NCBI GenBank assembly: GCA_965219455.1
Contig: OZ244744.1
Coordinates: 3,712,001-3,776,000 of the forward strand
Direction of reading: 5' to 3'
Length of the DNA stretch: 64,000 nt
Source: Candidatus Latescibacterota bacterium
GTDB lineage: Bacteria; Latescibacterota; UBA2968; GCA-2709665
In this document: positions 10,240 through 20,794 of the stretch, piece by piece
How positions within the stretch are numbered: the stretch's first letter is position 1
Layout: the number at the start of each line of letters is the position of its first letter
Notes under the pieces: model-generated
What the model was told of the DNA's origin: nothing
Seen by the model: only the letters and a program-made list of their open reading frames with translations
Databases searched by the model: none
Program-made: the position numbers and the translations under genes

Positions 10240-11085
10240 TTACTCCAGGTTCAGGATTGAGAGGCTGTCCCGATAGATCACCGATTCGATTTCGTCCGCG
10301 TCCAGGCGTGGCAGTGCGGTGCCTTCAAGCATGGTGTTTAAATTTCGAAGGCCGGAAAGCGAGGCGTCAATGGTTGTAAAGGGATAGTCGGTGCCAAAGA
10401 GCAGTTTGTCCCAGACACCGTATTCCTGCACCAGCATCAGGCTGTGGTAAAGCTGGAAGGGACGATAGTGAAGGGCGCTGACGTCGGCGTAGACGTTGGG
10501 ATGTTTTCGAACTACGGCAACGCATTCGCCTTCGTAAGGATGCCCCAGATGCGCCAGGATGATCTTGACGTCGGGAAAACGAATGGCGACCGGATCCAGG
10601 TGGCGGGGAAGCGTACATTCCAGGGGCGCCTGAGCGACAAAGGTGGTGCCGGTGTGAAGAAGTACAGGCAGGTCGTGTTCCTGAGCGTAACGCCAGAGCG
10701 GATCCAGCGATGGGTCGTCCGGTCTGAAGCCGGCGTACATGGAGAGCAGCTTTATCCCTTTGAGGCCGAGGTCCCGGTGGCCTTCTCTCAGTTCGTCCTG
10801 CCAGGCCTCCTGGGTGGGGTCGACCGACAGGAAGCCGATAAGCGTATCCGGGTTTTCAGCCACGCGGTCCGCCACGTAGCGATCGTCTATCCACATTCCG
10901 CTCAGTTTGGCCTTGCCGCCGAATACGATCGTGCGTACCTGTTCGCCCGCCTGTTTCCGGTAGCTTTCATAGCTGGCTGAGAGGTCAATTTCCGCGTCGC
11001 CCCGGGCCCGCGTGGCCTGACGTTGGAACTGCTCGGTGAAGTGTTGGGGATACCGGAAAACGTGGGCGTGCACGTCGATAATCAT
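10240..11085 (-). CDS. amidohydrolase_2 family protein
   Basis: IIDVHAH, PVLLHTG, ILAHLGHP, VYADVS and LLFGTDYP motifs. Confidence 0.92.
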   Translation of the reverse strand: MIIDVHAHVFRYPQHFTEQFQRQATRARGDAEIDLSASYESYRKQAGEQVRTIVFGGKAKLSGMWIDDRYVADRVAENPDTLIGFLSVDPTQEAWQDELREGHRDLGLKGIKLLSMYAGFRPDDPSLDPLWRYAQEHDLPVLLHTGTTFVAQAPLECTLPRHLDPVAIRFPDVKIILAHLGHPYEGECVAVVRKHPNVYADVSALHYRPFQLYHSLMLVQEYGVWDKLLFGTDYPFTTIDASLSGLRNLNTMLEGTALPRLDADEIESVIYRDSLSILNLE

Positions 11086-11172
11086 AGGTACTGACCTTCG
11101 GATCGGGAGCCGCGTACGGATACCGTCCGTGATCCCGCGGTTGTCGTAAGTGTCACGCTCGACCGCCGTCGT

Positions 11173-12183
11173 TCAAATCGAATCGGCCCTGATCAGGGTT
11201 TCTTCGTCGCTCTCGATTCGTAGCGGGTTCTTCAACGGTCTGCCGAAGCCGTTCCAGGAGACCACCATCACGTCTCCGTCTTCCAGTTCGATGCCGGCCC
11301 CGAAACTGAAGGCGTCCGCGCCCAGAAAGTAGATGTGTGCATCGTCCGGGCGGCGGTGCTGCGGGTACTTGAAGTGGTGGTGCTCCAGGTTGGCCAGGCT
11401 GTGAGCCATATTGGCCTGGCCGGTTGCTACGGATCGGGACCAGATGGCGCTCCCGTTTCGTTCAACTGAGACCACTCCGTTGACATTCTCGAAATCGGGA
11501 TCGAGGATGAGTTCAGGGCCGAGCGAGCAGGTTCGCAGCTTTGAGGGCGCCAGATAGAGATAGTTTTTCTTTTCGGTGACGTGGTCGGAGAATTCGTTGC
11601 CGATGGCGAGGCCGATGCGCCTGGGGTTGCCTTCCGTATCGATAATATAGGCCCCCGCGATTTCGGGTTCTTCGCCACCGTCGCCCGCGAAGGCCGGCAC
11701 GTCCAGGGGTTCACCATGCGCACGAAGGATGGTGCCGGTTCCTTTATAGAACCACTCGGGCGGTACGCCGACGTTTCCGGACTCCGGTCTGCCACCTTGC
11801 AGACCCCATCGGTACATTCGCATGCTGTCGGTGATTTGTGTTTCGCCGGGCGCGTCCTGTTCGTGCATGGCCTGGCGGTTGTCAACGCTGGCCCGGTGCG
11901 TCAGCCCGGTGCCTGCCACCAGGCAGCGGGTGGGTTCACCCGGGTGATCGTACGCGGGCAGAAGCTTCCATTCGGACCGTCCGTGGTAGATGGCGTCGTA
12001 GTCCTGAAAGTCGCTTCCGAGCTTTGTTTCAATTTCCGTGTGCAGGGCGTTACCGGATTGCAGAACGAGGCTCGCCATGCCGTGAATTGACGTGTATCCG
12101 TCAATCAGCCGGCAATGGTCGCTGTCGACCGCGGCAATGCGCCGCCCTGCTTCGGGATGGATCAGCTGTACCAATCTGAACAT
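11173..12183 (-). CDS. AraD1/GguC family fumarylacetoacetate-hydrolase-like sugar catabolism protein
   Basis: GTGLTH, PEWFYKG, DGGEEPE, GNEFSDH, NYLYLAPSKLR and LEHHHFKY motifs. Confidence 0.85.
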   Translation of the reverse strand: MFRLVQLIHPEAGRRIAAVDSDHCRLIDGYTSIHGMASLVLQSGNALHTEIETKLGSDFQDYDAIYHGRSEWKLLPAYDHPGEPTRCLVAGTGLTHRASVDNRQAMHEQDAPGETQITDSMRMYRWGLQGGRPESGNVGVPPEWFYKGTGTILRAHGEPLDVPAFAGDGGEEPEIAGAYIIDTEGNPRRIGLAIGNEFSDHVTEKKNYLYLAPSKLRTCSLGPELILDPDFENVNGVVSVERNGSAIWSRSVATGQANMAHSLANLEHHHFKYPQHRRPDDAHIYFLGADAFSFGAGIELEDGDVMVVSWNGFGRPLKNPLRIESDEETLIRADSI

Positions 12184-12252
12184 GGGAGTCCCGGTGTCGT
12201 TTCACGTCCGTCGCCATCCGTTTCCGGATCGCACTTCGGTTCCGGATGGTGG

Positions 12253-14361
12253 TTACAATTCGCGCTCGGTGAGACCCGCAAGGTTCGTACCAATCAGAGG
12301 CAACCCGTTGTACGAGACGTTGCCGCCGTCAAGTACCGCGACATGGACCGGTCGTTTATCCTGAAAGGATAGAACGCAGACCCTTCCGCTGAAGGACAGG
12401 CCGTCGCACTCAACGGCCACGCCCTCCCTGCCGTAAACGACGAGATCGATTCGGTCGCCGCGACGGATTTGGACGCCTCGTGCAACTTCGGGGCGGCATA
12501 TTTCCCCGCCGAGATTGGTTGAGCGCCGCGTAACTTTGACGTTTTCCGGCTCGGTTTTGAAGGGGACGAGGGCAATATCAAACACAACGGCGTTGGCGTC
12601 TTCCCCCCTGATCCATTTCTGAAGACCTATCCAGTATCGATTGGGATGGCTGCCTGGCGCACCGTCTTTGGCTTCGTACGAGGTGCCTCGACGGAGGTGA
12701 TGAATCTCCGAGGGCTTTGCGGCCACAACCTGGAGTCCGGGGCGGCCGGAGGTGACCGCGCGGGCCCGGCTTCCTTTCCACCTGGTCGGTGCGTGGAGGT
12801 ACCAGGTGTAGGCGTGGTGTTGGGGACCTTCGAAGACAGCATCCGAAACCAGAAAGGTATCGGGTTTGAGAAACGTGACGCGGCGTTCGATACGGGTGCC
12901 GTATTGCTTCTCGTAGGCCCGGTGGGTCGCGGAAAAATAATCCAGAGTCCTTCCAGTCGCCCAGGCGACGTCCTCGGCCCGGTGATGAACGCGGTCCATC
13001 GGCGCGTCGTTGACGACAACCTGGTTGTGCGCCTGGGCAGAACGAAAATACTGGTCGAGCGGGTTGTCGTAGGGACCCCAGCGGTTGGCCTCTACGGCCA
13101 GCGGTTTTCCGAAGCCGTAGAGAGCGAAATCGAGCAGGTCGTTGTGGGTATGGCCGCCGCCCCAGGGCCCGTAGTTGACGATCAGGTAACGGGCATCCGC
13201 ACGCCAGTCGGAACGCATTACGGCAAAGCCCGAGGGGCGCGTGTCTATTGACGTGTATCCGGGTTTCTTCGGTCGGATGTGCGAATCGGCCTGGACGCGG
13301 TTGCGTACTGGCCATAAATACCTGCCATCTCCGGTAAATTCGGAGCCTCGTTTGAAAATACCGTCCTGTCGTCCGAAACCGCCGTCGTTGAAACCCTGCG
13401 ATTCCCCCAGTGGGGTGGTGGTGGACAAAAACCAGTCGTACATCCCAACGATGCGATCGCGCAGGTCGGTTTCGATACTGATCGAAGGAATCCGCTCCGA
13501 GAATGTCAGAAGATCCTCGCTCATGCGGGCGCACCAGGCGCCATAACCGGAGGCGCGTTCGTGGTGGCAGCCATCGGCGTAAAAGTCTCTCTCAACGTGT
13601 TCCAGAAGGCGTTGTACGCCCATTTTGACCCAGCTTCCGGCTTCTTTGAATTCCGGGAAGAGGCCCCCCGCGTAGACCAGGGCCCACGAGCCGCACATCT
13701 GCCAGTTCCCGCTGCGATAGCCATCGTCTTTTTCGAGAAGATAGAGCCAGCGACAGGCCCCCAGAATGGATTTTAACAGCCGCAGATGGGTGATCGGCCG
13801 CAGGATGCCGGTGGACCGATATGCAAAGTAGTGGTCGATAAACCGGGGTGTGCGCCCACCCAGCCCGAGTTCGTAAAAGATGACGTCGTGGTTGCCGGGA
13901 TTGTCTATACTGTTTCGTTGTGCGTACCACTGGTTGAACAAATCGTCAAAGCATTCCACGTATCGGGAATCCCCGGTTTGCCCAAATGCGACCCGCAGGC
14001 ATTCGGACCAGCCCCAGTAGTGGGTGCCGTAGATGCCCGAGCGTCCCCACTTTGCGTTGAAGTCGACCGTTTTTCCGAATTTGTACGTCAGGTCGTGCCA
14101 CCCCTTGATCTCGTGTGCGACGACGCGTTCGGCTTCCTGAATGCATTTCGGGTCGGGTCTGTCGCCGGTAGGTTCGACCATATTGAGGGGTTCTTTCCGC
14201 GCGGAAAAGTAATCCCCCCAGGCAGCGGCCGATTTTTTCCACTTTCCGGCTTTCACGGCCTTGAGGACGGGTTTCAGCTGTGTCTCCTTGAGGTCAATCG
14301 CCGCAAAGAGGTCTTTGTTGGAGATGGAACGCATTTTTGAGCGGCTGATTTTTGGTGGCAT
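12253..14361 (-). CDS. heparinase II/III family polysaccharide lyase (no evident signal peptide)
   Basis: SGNW, DGCHHERASGY, FNDG, GGHTHND and AHNQVVVND motifs; start set at ATG 14361, which has GAGG upstream. Confidence 0.85.
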   Translation of the reverse strand: MPPKISRSKMRSISNKDLFAAIDLKETQLKPVLKAVKAGKWKKSAAAWGDYFSARKEPLNMVEPTGDRPDPKCIQEAERVVAHEIKGWHDLTYKFGKTVDFNAKWGRSGIYGTHYWGWSECLRVAFGQTGDSRYVECFDDLFNQWYAQRNSIDNPGNHDVIFYELGLGGRTPRFIDHYFAYRSTGILRPITHLRLLKSILGACRWLYLLEKDDGYRSGNWQMCGSWALVYAGGLFPEFKEAGSWVKMGVQRLLEHVERDFYADGCHHERASGYGAWCARMSEDLLTFSERIPSISIETDLRDRIVGMYDWFLSTTTPLGESQGFNDGGFGRQDGIFKRGSEFTGDGRYLWPVRNRVQADSHIRPKKPGYTSIDTRPSGFAVMRSDWRADARYLIVNYGPWGGGHTHNDLLDFALYGFGKPLAVEANRWGPYDNPLDQYFRSAQAHNQVVVNDAPMDRVHHRAEDVAWATGRTLDYFSATHRAYEKQYGTRIERRVTFLKPDTFLVSDAVFEGPQHHAYTWYLHAPTRWKGSRARAVTSGRPGLQVVAAKPSEIHHLRRGTSYEAKDGAPGSHPNRYWIGLQKWIRGEDANAVVFDIALVPFKTEPENVKVTRRSTNLGGEICRPEVARGVQIRRGDRIDLVVYGREGVAVECDGLSFSGRVCVLSFQDKRPVHVAVLDGGNVSYNGLPLIGTNLAGLTEREL

Positions 14362-14503
14362 GGGTCGAAACCTCGGGATCTCCACGTTCTCGATGGAGAT
14401 GGAAGGGGTGAACTCAAGTTCTTGGCTTAATGCGCTTGCGGTAGGAATGTACGATCGGCGAGGCCAAGTCAAGGACAAAGCGCGGGCAATACCGGTGGCC
14501 GGC

Positions 14504-14545
14504 AAAAAGAAAACGGGCTTCCGATGCCTCGCGGAGGCCGTTATT
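14504..14545 (-). terminator. intrinsic terminator after the cytidylate-kinase-like gene
   Basis: Minus-strand imperfect hairpin AACGGCCTCCG..CGGAAGCCCGTT followed by TCTTTTT. Confidence 0.6.
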
Positions 14546-14613
14546 GGAGTCTTTCCCGGTTCGGCTGAATCATTTCAAGGCAGAAGGAGGAGCGGGGGCA
14601 TCCGTTTGCGCTT

Positions 14614-15321
14614 TCAGGCATGGCCCAGAGCGCTTACGGAATGTTGGATGATGCGGGCGGCGGATTCGAGGCATGTTCGGCCGGTATTCACAACGATATG
14701 ATACAGTACCGGATCGTCCCAGTTGATGTGGTAGTTGTTTCTGAGGTAGGCGGCCCGGCGTCTGTCACTTTTCTGAATCAGTTCTATGGCCTCTTTACGG
14801 GTACGCAGGTTGTGCCGTTCCAGGACGACCTGGATGCGTTTCTCCATGGGAGCCACGGTGCGGACATGCAGCGTATCGGGGACATCCCGAAGGATGGCCT
14901 GGCCCCCTCGGCCTACGATGATTACCCTGTCCCGTTTCCGGAGTCGATCGATGGTGGCTTGAAGAAATCTGAGATAGTCCCGCTGGTCCAGAAGATGTTT
15001 TTCCTCGCTGATCGTCGCGTCGTTGGCCAGAAGCGCGGCCGATACTTCGTAGGGAAACTCCAGCCCCCACAGCATGGCGGGGGGCGTCGGAACCGACCGC
15101 GACGGCACGATCAGGCTGTGGATGAATCGTTTGACCGCGCTATGCGTTTGCTCGTCGAATTTTTCGACTTCCGATTCGGGCACATTGGCTTCTCTCGCGA
15201 CTTCCGTGATGAGGTCTTTGTCCACGAAGTCGCAGCTGAGAATTTCCGATGCCCGACGGGCGACCAGATCTCCAATACTGCCGAGCTGGCGTGAGACGGT
15301 TATAACGGCCACGCGAGTCAT
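14614..15321 (-). CDS. cytidylate kinase-like family protein
   Basis: VITVSRQLGSIG P-loop variant, IIVGRGG, DRRRAAY and YHIVVNT motifs. Confidence 0.85.
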   Translation of the reverse strand: MTRVAVITVSRQLGSIGDLVARRASEILSCDFVDKDLITEVAREANVPESEVEKFDEQTHSAVKRFIHSLIVPSRSVPTPPAMLWGLEFPYEVSAALLANDATISEEKHLLDQRDYLRFLQATIDRLRKRDRVIIVGRGGQAILRDVPDTLHVRTVAPMEKRIQVVLERHNLRTRKEAIELIQKSDRRRAAYLRNNYHINWDDPVLYHIVVNTGRTCLESAARIIQHSVSALGHA

Positions 15322-15376
15322 CCTGTGCGGTCGGGCGACGGATCAGGAGCGCGCGGGCTCGCCCGGACACCGCTCA

Positions 15377-15508
15377 AGAAGCTGTTTTAAAATTCCTGGT
15401 GAGTTCCAGAGCGCGAGCGAAGATGCGGCGGTCAAGGTGGGTTTGACCAACGCCGACCGGCGCTTTTGCAGCCGCGCGAAGACCGCTGGGGATTTTAAAA
15501 CAGCTTCT
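15377..15508. mobile_element. MITE-like element, family A, copy 1
   Basis: 17-bp perfect TIR AGAAGCTGTTTTAAAAT; no transposase; homologous copy at 44348-44510. Confidence 0.8.
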
Positions 15509-17327
15509 AAAAGTTCGGGTAGAAGAGATGCCGATTGTCGATGATTTCCGCTTGTTCTTTGAGATCGCTGAACCAGGCCGCCAGGACTTCGTTCTGTTTT
15601 TCCGCCCGCAGGCGCTGAACCAGCTTTGGCGCTTCCGACTTGAATTCGACTTCGTCAATCGGCTCTTTTTCCAACAACTGCAGTACGAATGCGCCCCGGT
15701 CCGTGGTGACCACGTCGCTGGTTGTTCCCTGTGTAAGGCGGAAGGCGGCGCCGGTAAATGCGTTTCTGCGGCCAACGCCCTGTACGAAGTCGTCTCGGTT
15801 GAATGGTTTGGACTCGGCGAAGCGAATATTGCGATTGCGTGCCGCGTCTTGAAGGCTTTTTCCCGACCGGACGTCTGTGAGCAAGGGGGCAACACGCGCA
15901 GATGCAATGTTGACTTTTTCCATTGTCTTGAGTTTGGTCGTAACGCGATCGTAGACCTCGTCCATTGGTTGTGGGCCGGCTTCGCGCTTGGCCAAAAGGG
16001 CAAAGACATAGATGCCCTTTTCGGTTTCGTAAGTTTGTGACACCTTACCAGGAGAAGCGTTGAGGAAGGCATTGACCAGCCCGGACGTCCGATTGCCCAA
16101 CACGGGGAAGAAGCCGCCGGCGGTGATAAAATCGGTGTCTTTAGCCTGCAGGGCCTGGTCGGCCACCGCCGTCAGGAAATCCGATTCTACCGCGCGCTCC
16201 TGGAAGCGTTCGGCTTCGAGACGGAGGCTGTCCAGCGTGTCCCTTCCCGGCCGGATATTCAGCAGGATGTGCCGGGCGCGGACCTGCAGCCCGTCTCCCT
16301 CGCCTTTGCGTTCTTCGACCTTGAGAATATGCCATCCGAACTGGGTCCGCACGGGCTCTGAGATCTCACCCGGGTCGAGAGAAAAGGCCGCGTCCTCAAA
16401 GGGCTTGACCATCCTTCCGCGCCCGAAGAACCCCAGATCTCCACCCCGCTTCGCACTGCCGGGATCATCCGAATTGTTTTCGGCCAGCACGGCGAAGTCC
16501 CTGCCGGCGCGGATCTCCGCGAGCAGGTCGCGGACTTCGGCTTCGGCACTGGCTTCATCGGCCACGGAAGGTTTCTTTTCGAAGGCGACAAAGGAAGCAT
16601 TGACGGCCGCGTCCCGGTGAAATTCGTCCGGGTGGCCGTCGTAATAGGCCCGAATCCGGTCGTCCGAAACGGAAACCATCGAGTCGCCGATCGAATACGC
16701 CTCGATCACGGCGTAGGCAACGCGGGCTTTCTCATTCTGCCGTACGTATGCTTCCCGGACCTCCGCCGACGTGACCCTCACCCCGCCGGCGACCATTTCC
16801 TGCAGCTTGCTGATAAGCACGGCCTGTCGGACGGCATATTCGGCGCTGAGTACGAACTGCTTTCTTTCGGGGCTTGCGTACGTGCCGGGATCGTCCAGAA
16901 ACCTGCCATATTTCTCGGGATCGAAATTGCCATCGGTCTGAAAGACTTCCTGGCTCCGCACCCATTCAACGGGCTGATTCCGGTTTATAAAGTTGACCTC
17001 CGTATCGGAGACCGCGATATCGTGTTCTTCAATCTGCTGGGCGTACAGGATCTGGGCGACCATCTGGTCCCAGATCTGGCGGATGAGCTGGCTCTCCTCC
17101 GGTTCGGCATTGTTTCGGGCTTTGGCCTGGCGTGAGGCGTCACGGAGGGCTTCGACGAATTGCTGGTGGCTGATCTCCTGACCGTTGATTACACCCACGG
17201 TGTCTCCTGGCCCGGCGCAGGTCATTCCGCCGGCGCCCCAGTCGAAAACCATCAGCGCCACAAAGGAAATAGCCACGATCCACATCATGGCTTTGATCAG
17301 GACCACATTGCGCAGGCTGTTGAGCAT
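15507..17327 (-). CDS. ppiD: PpiD/SurA-type peptidyl-prolyl isomerase chaperone
   Basis: N-terminal TM anchor, SurA_N-like region, parvulin motifs [28 protein letters not shown]. Confidence 0.88.
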   Translation of the reverse strand: MLNSLRNVVLIKAMMWIVAISFVALMVFDWGAGGMTCAGPGDTVGVINGQEISHQQFVEALRDASRQAKARNNAEPEESQLIRQIWDQMVAQILYAQQIEEHDIAVSDTEVNFINRNQPVEWVRSQEVFQTDGNFDPEKYGRFLDDPGTYASPERKQFVLSAEYAVRQAVLISKLQEMVAGGVRVTSAEVREAYVRQNEKARVAYAVIEAYSIGDSMVSVSDDRIRAYYDGHPDEFHRDAAVNASFVAFEKKPSVADEASAEAEVRDLLAEIRAGRDFAVLAENNSDDPGSAKRGGDLGFFGRGRMVKPFEDAAFSLDPGEISEPVRTQFGWHILKVEERKGEGDGLQVRARHILLNIRPGRDTLDSLRLEAERFQERAVESDFLTAVADQALQAKDTDFITAGGFFPVLGNRTSGLVNAFLNASPGKVSQTYETEKGIYVFALLAKREAGPQPMDEVYDRVTTKLKTMEKVNIASARVAPLLTDVRSGKSLQDAARNRNIRFAESKPFNRDDFVQGVGRRNAFTGAAFRLTQGTTSDVVTTDRGAFVLQLLEKEPIDEVEFKSEAPKLVQRLRAEKQNEVLAAWFSDLKEQAEIIDNRHLFYPNF

Positions 17328-17516
17328 GGGATGAGCACCCTCCGGTGGATGGAAAGTAGGCAGTCGTTACGGGCGCCGGCCGTCCTGGGCCATTGGCCGG
17401 ATGTGAAAATCCCGCCCTGGATTTTTTCAAATAACTACATAACGACACATTAAATTATAGGAAGGCGGGTTTGCAAGCAAGTATTTTTTGTCTGGTGGGA
17501 AAAAGCCGGTGCGTGC

Positions 17517-17545
17517 TTGACCCCGGGGGACAAAATACCTATACT
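17517..17545 (+). promoter_or_regulatory. sigma70-type promoter of the M23 gene
   Basis: TTGACC-17 nt-TATACT. Confidence 0.6.
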
Positions 17546-17607
17546 GAATCGCATCTGATCCGGAAGAAAAAACTGTTCACATCGTCGGCCGGGGAGGTCT
17601 GACAATC

Positions 17608-19887
17608 ATGCGCGCGATCATGTTGATATGGTTTCTTTGCGTTATGGATTCCGGCATCGCGGTAGCCGGGGATTACCATTGGCCAATGGCGGCGCCTCCC
17701 GCGCTTAACTCTTCCTTTGGAGAATACCGGCCGCGGCGTTTCCACGCGGGGCTGGATCTCAAGACGTGGGGGAAGGAAGGTTACCCGGTGCTGGCGGTGG
17801 ACGACGGGTACGTCTGGCGCGTGCGGACCTCGCCCTGGGGATATGGGAAGGTGGTCTACATCAGGCTGCAAGACGGCCGAACGGCGGTCTATGCGCATCT
17901 CTCCGGGTTTGCGCCCGCGGTTCAGTCCGTTGTCGAGGCGGAACAGGCACGACGGGGATATTATAGCGTCAATCTTTTCTTTAAGCCAAACCAGATTCAG
18001 GTTGAACGCGGGCAGACAGTCGGATTTTCCGGCAGTACCGGCAGTGGCGTGCCGCATCTGCATTTTGAGATTCGCGACAGAAATCAGCGGCCGATCAACG
18101 GGCTGCTTCACGGATTCGAGGTGAAGGATACCGTTGCGCCCACCATACAGTCCCTGGCTCTGATCCCGATGAACGCGGAATCGCGGGTTTCGGATGGGGT
18201 GGATCCCGTGACGTTGGCCGTGCAATGGCGACCAAAGCAGAAGCGCTACGTTGCACGGAGCGTGCCGATGATCGCCGGGCGCATCGGCGTGAGTGTCAAA
18301 ACGTACGACCAGGCCGATGCCACCGTGCTCAGCAACCGGCTCGCTCCGTACCGTTTGAGGCTGTTCGTCAACGATCGGGAAGTTTTCGAGACCCAATATA
18401 CAATCTTCGGGTACGACCAGGTCAACCAGGTCGAACTGGATCGCAATTTCGTTCTGAAAAGACGAGGCGCCGGCATCTATCACAACTTATACCGGTCTGC
18501 CGGAAATCAGCTTCCAATGTACGGGAAGTATAAGGTGGGAGACGGTGTCCTGCACGCGGGGATTCCGCCCTCGGATCGTGGCGTGGGTCTGGACCCCGGC
18601 AGGAATCGCATCCGGGTGGTGGTTGAAGACGTGGCCGGCAACCGATCCCGCGCGGATTTCGAAGTCATCGTCAATGCCGTTCCTCGCGTACTGGACGCCC
18701 GCGCGGAATTGAATGGTCGGTCGGTACGGGTCCAGGCGAGGGTACGGGACGAGAATTTACAAAGTGTTGTTGTGGAACGGTCTCTGAACGGCGGCCGATC
18801 CTGGCGTGTCGTACGCGGCGTCGACGTCGATGCGTCCGGCCGGGTTGACGTGGAATTCACCGAAACACCCAATGCCGTCTACAGGGTGCGAGGCCGGGAC
18901 CGATTTGAGTCGGAGAGCTTTCAGATCTGTGCGCCTCTTCCGGCGTCGGAGAGCGAAACCCGGGGAGACCTGCTGGCATGCACCGTGCGTTACTATCCGG
19001 ACTTCGCCGTATTGAAGATGGTTTCCAAACGCCTGCTGTCGACGGCGCCGCGGGTGACCATGCGTTGGCCCACCAATAGCGAAACGACGCCGGAGGTTTT
19101 TCAGCGGAGCCTGTACCGATACGAGACCGTGGTACGCTTCGATCCGGCCGTGGACGGTGAGGTCGGGGCAGTCCTGTCCGCGGTCGATCTGAAGGGCAAG
19201 ACGGGACGCCGGGAGGTTCGCCTGGTGCAGACGCCGGTGCGCCGGTCGGGCGGGGTCGTGCGTTCGTCGGACGGCATGGCGGAGGCCCGCTTCGACGCCA
19301 ACGAAGTCTACCGGCCATTCTTCGCCCGAATCGCGCCCACGCCCGGCAAAGGGGCGAAACGTCTGGCGCTGGTTGGATCGCGTTACCGGTTTACGCCGGA
19401 GGATGTGCCGTTCCGTCGCAAGGCCGAAATCTTCCTCCGATACCCGGCGGACTTCAGCCGGCCGGAGCGATTGGGCATCTATCGGTTAACCAAGGCGGGA
19501 ACCTGGGTATTTGTGGGCAACCGCGCCGCTCCCGGGCGCCTCGCCGTGGCTGCGGATGTCCCGAGTTTTTCCACCTATGCGCTGTTGTTGGACGAGACCC
19601 CTCCCCGGGTGAGAATTCTGCGTCCGGAGTCCGGCGCGAAGGTTGCAGAGAGACGGCTGGTACTTGTCGCCAGGATTAGCGATTGGGGTTCTGGCATCCG
19701 TCGAGAGCAGGATATTCTCGTGCGGCTGGACGGAAAACGGTTGATCGCCGAATACGACCCCGACGCGGGCCAGGTGAACGCCCGGCCCAGGCAGCCGCTC
19801 CCGGCCGGAAGCCACACGTTGGAAGTAACGGTGACGGATGCCTGCGGCAACCGGGCCCGGGCGGCGCGTGCGTTCACGGTACGATAA
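17608..19887 (+). CDS. M23 family metallopeptidase with C-terminal Ig-like domains
   Basis: Signal peptide; HAGLDL and PHLHFEI zinc motifs. Confidence 0.88.
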   Translation: MRAIMLIWFLCVMDSGIAVAGDYHWPMAAPPALNSSFGEYRPRRFHAGLDLKTWGKEGYPVLAVDDGYVWRVRTSPWGYGKVVYIRLQDGRTAVYAHLSGFAPAVQSVVEAEQARRGYYSVNLFFKPNQIQVERGQTVGFSGSTGSGVPHLHFEIRDRNQRPINGLLHGFEVKDTVAPTIQSLALIPMNAESRVSDGVDPVTLAVQWRPKQKRYVARSVPMIAGRIGVSVKTYDQADATVLSNRLAPYRLRLFVNDREVFETQYTIFGYDQVNQVELDRNFVLKRRGAGIYHNLYRSAGNQLPMYGKYKVGDGVLHAGIPPSDRGVGLDPGRNRIRVVVEDVAGNRSRADFEVIVNAVPRVLDARAELNGRSVRVQARVRDENLQSVVVERSLNGGRSWRVVRGVDVDASGRVDVEFTETPNAVYRVRGRDRFESESFQICAPLPASESETRGDLLACTVRYYPDFAVLKMVSKRLLSTAPRVTMRWPTNSETTPEVFQRSLYRYETVVRFDPAVDGEVGAVLSAVDLKGKTGRREVRLVQTPVRRSGGVVRSSDGMAEARFDANEVYRPFFARIAPTPGKGAKRLALVGSRYRFTPEDVPFRRKAEIFLRYPADFSRPERLGIYRLTKAGTWVFVGNRAAPGRLAVAADVPSFSTYALLLDETPPRVRILRPESGAKVAERRLVLVARISDWGSGIRREQDILVRLDGKRLIAEYDPDAGQVNARPRQPLPAGSHTLEVTVTDACGNRARAARAFTVR

Positions 19888-19911
19888 GCGATCGTCGCCC
19901 ATCGGGAGCGT

Positions 19912-19990
19912 GTAGGGTCGACGGCCGGTCGGCAAGCTCCTTTGGGCAAGCTCGCTTAGACACGCCGTTTCGACAAGCTCAACGCAAGCA
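19912..19990. repeat. degenerate REP-like cluster
   Basis: GTAGGGTCG start and three CAAGCTC copies (19933, 19947, 19974), one as TTCGACAAGCTC. Confidence 0.3.
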
Positions 19991-20101
19991 GCGAAGGCAA
20001 CGCGGGGAACGAACGCAACGCAGCCAGACGGGCGGAGGAACGGTGACGAATTCAGGGGGCGGGACACTGGAAGTGAATTTCAAACACGAGTTGAAACAGG
20101 G

Positions 20102-20782
20102 ATGATTCTCCCAATTAAAGATGACAATCCGACACGCCGCGCCCCGGTGTTGACGGTGGGCATCCTGCTGCTGAACGTGGGCGTTTTTTTATATTCCATT
20201 GCCCTGGGATCCATCGGATTCGACGTATTTACGCTGCGGATGGGTCTGATTCCCTTTGAAGTCACCCATGGCGTGGATGCCATATCGCCAACGCCGATCC
20301 CGCTCTATCTCACGTTCTTGACGGCGATGTTCATGCACGGTGGGTGGATGCATCTGGGCGGAAACATGCTCTATCTCTGGATTTTCGGGAAAAACGTCGA
20401 AGATACGCTGGGGCGGTTGCGATTCCTGCTGTTCTACGTTTTCTGTGGCGTGGCGGCTGCGCTCGGCCATGTTCTCTCGGATCCTGACTCGACAATACCC
20501 ATGGTGGGCGCCAGTGGAGCGATTGCAGGCATCCTCGGGGCCTATATGGCCCGCTTTCCGGGCGCCCGGGTGCATGTTTTCGTTTTTCTGCTGTTCTTTA
20601 TCCAGATCGTGCGTGTGCCCGCGTTGCTGGTTCTGGGCGTCTGGTTTATCATCCAGCTGGTGAACGCGTCGGCCGATTCGGGCGGCGTGGGCGGTGGCGT
20701 GGCGTGGTATGCTCACATCGGCGGGTTTATTGCGGGTTACGTCGTGATGCGCCGGCACAGTCGTCGATTCAGTCGAGTCTAG
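20102..20782 (+). CDS. rhomboid family intramembrane serine protease
   Basis: FMHGGWMHLGGNM, GASGA and AHIGG motifs. Confidence 0.93.
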   Translation: MILPIKDDNPTRRAPVLTVGILLLNVGVFLYSIALGSIGFDVFTLRMGLIPFEVTHGVDAISPTPIPLYLTFLTAMFMHGGWMHLGGNMLYLWIFGKNVEDTLGRLRFLLFYVFCGVAAALGHVLSDPDSTIPMVGASGAIAGILGAYMARFPGARVHVFVFLLFFIQIVRVPALLVLGVWFIIQLVNASADSGGVGGGVAWYAHIGGFIAGYVVMRRHSRRFSRV

Positions 20783-20794
20783 CGTCCTGTCCGT

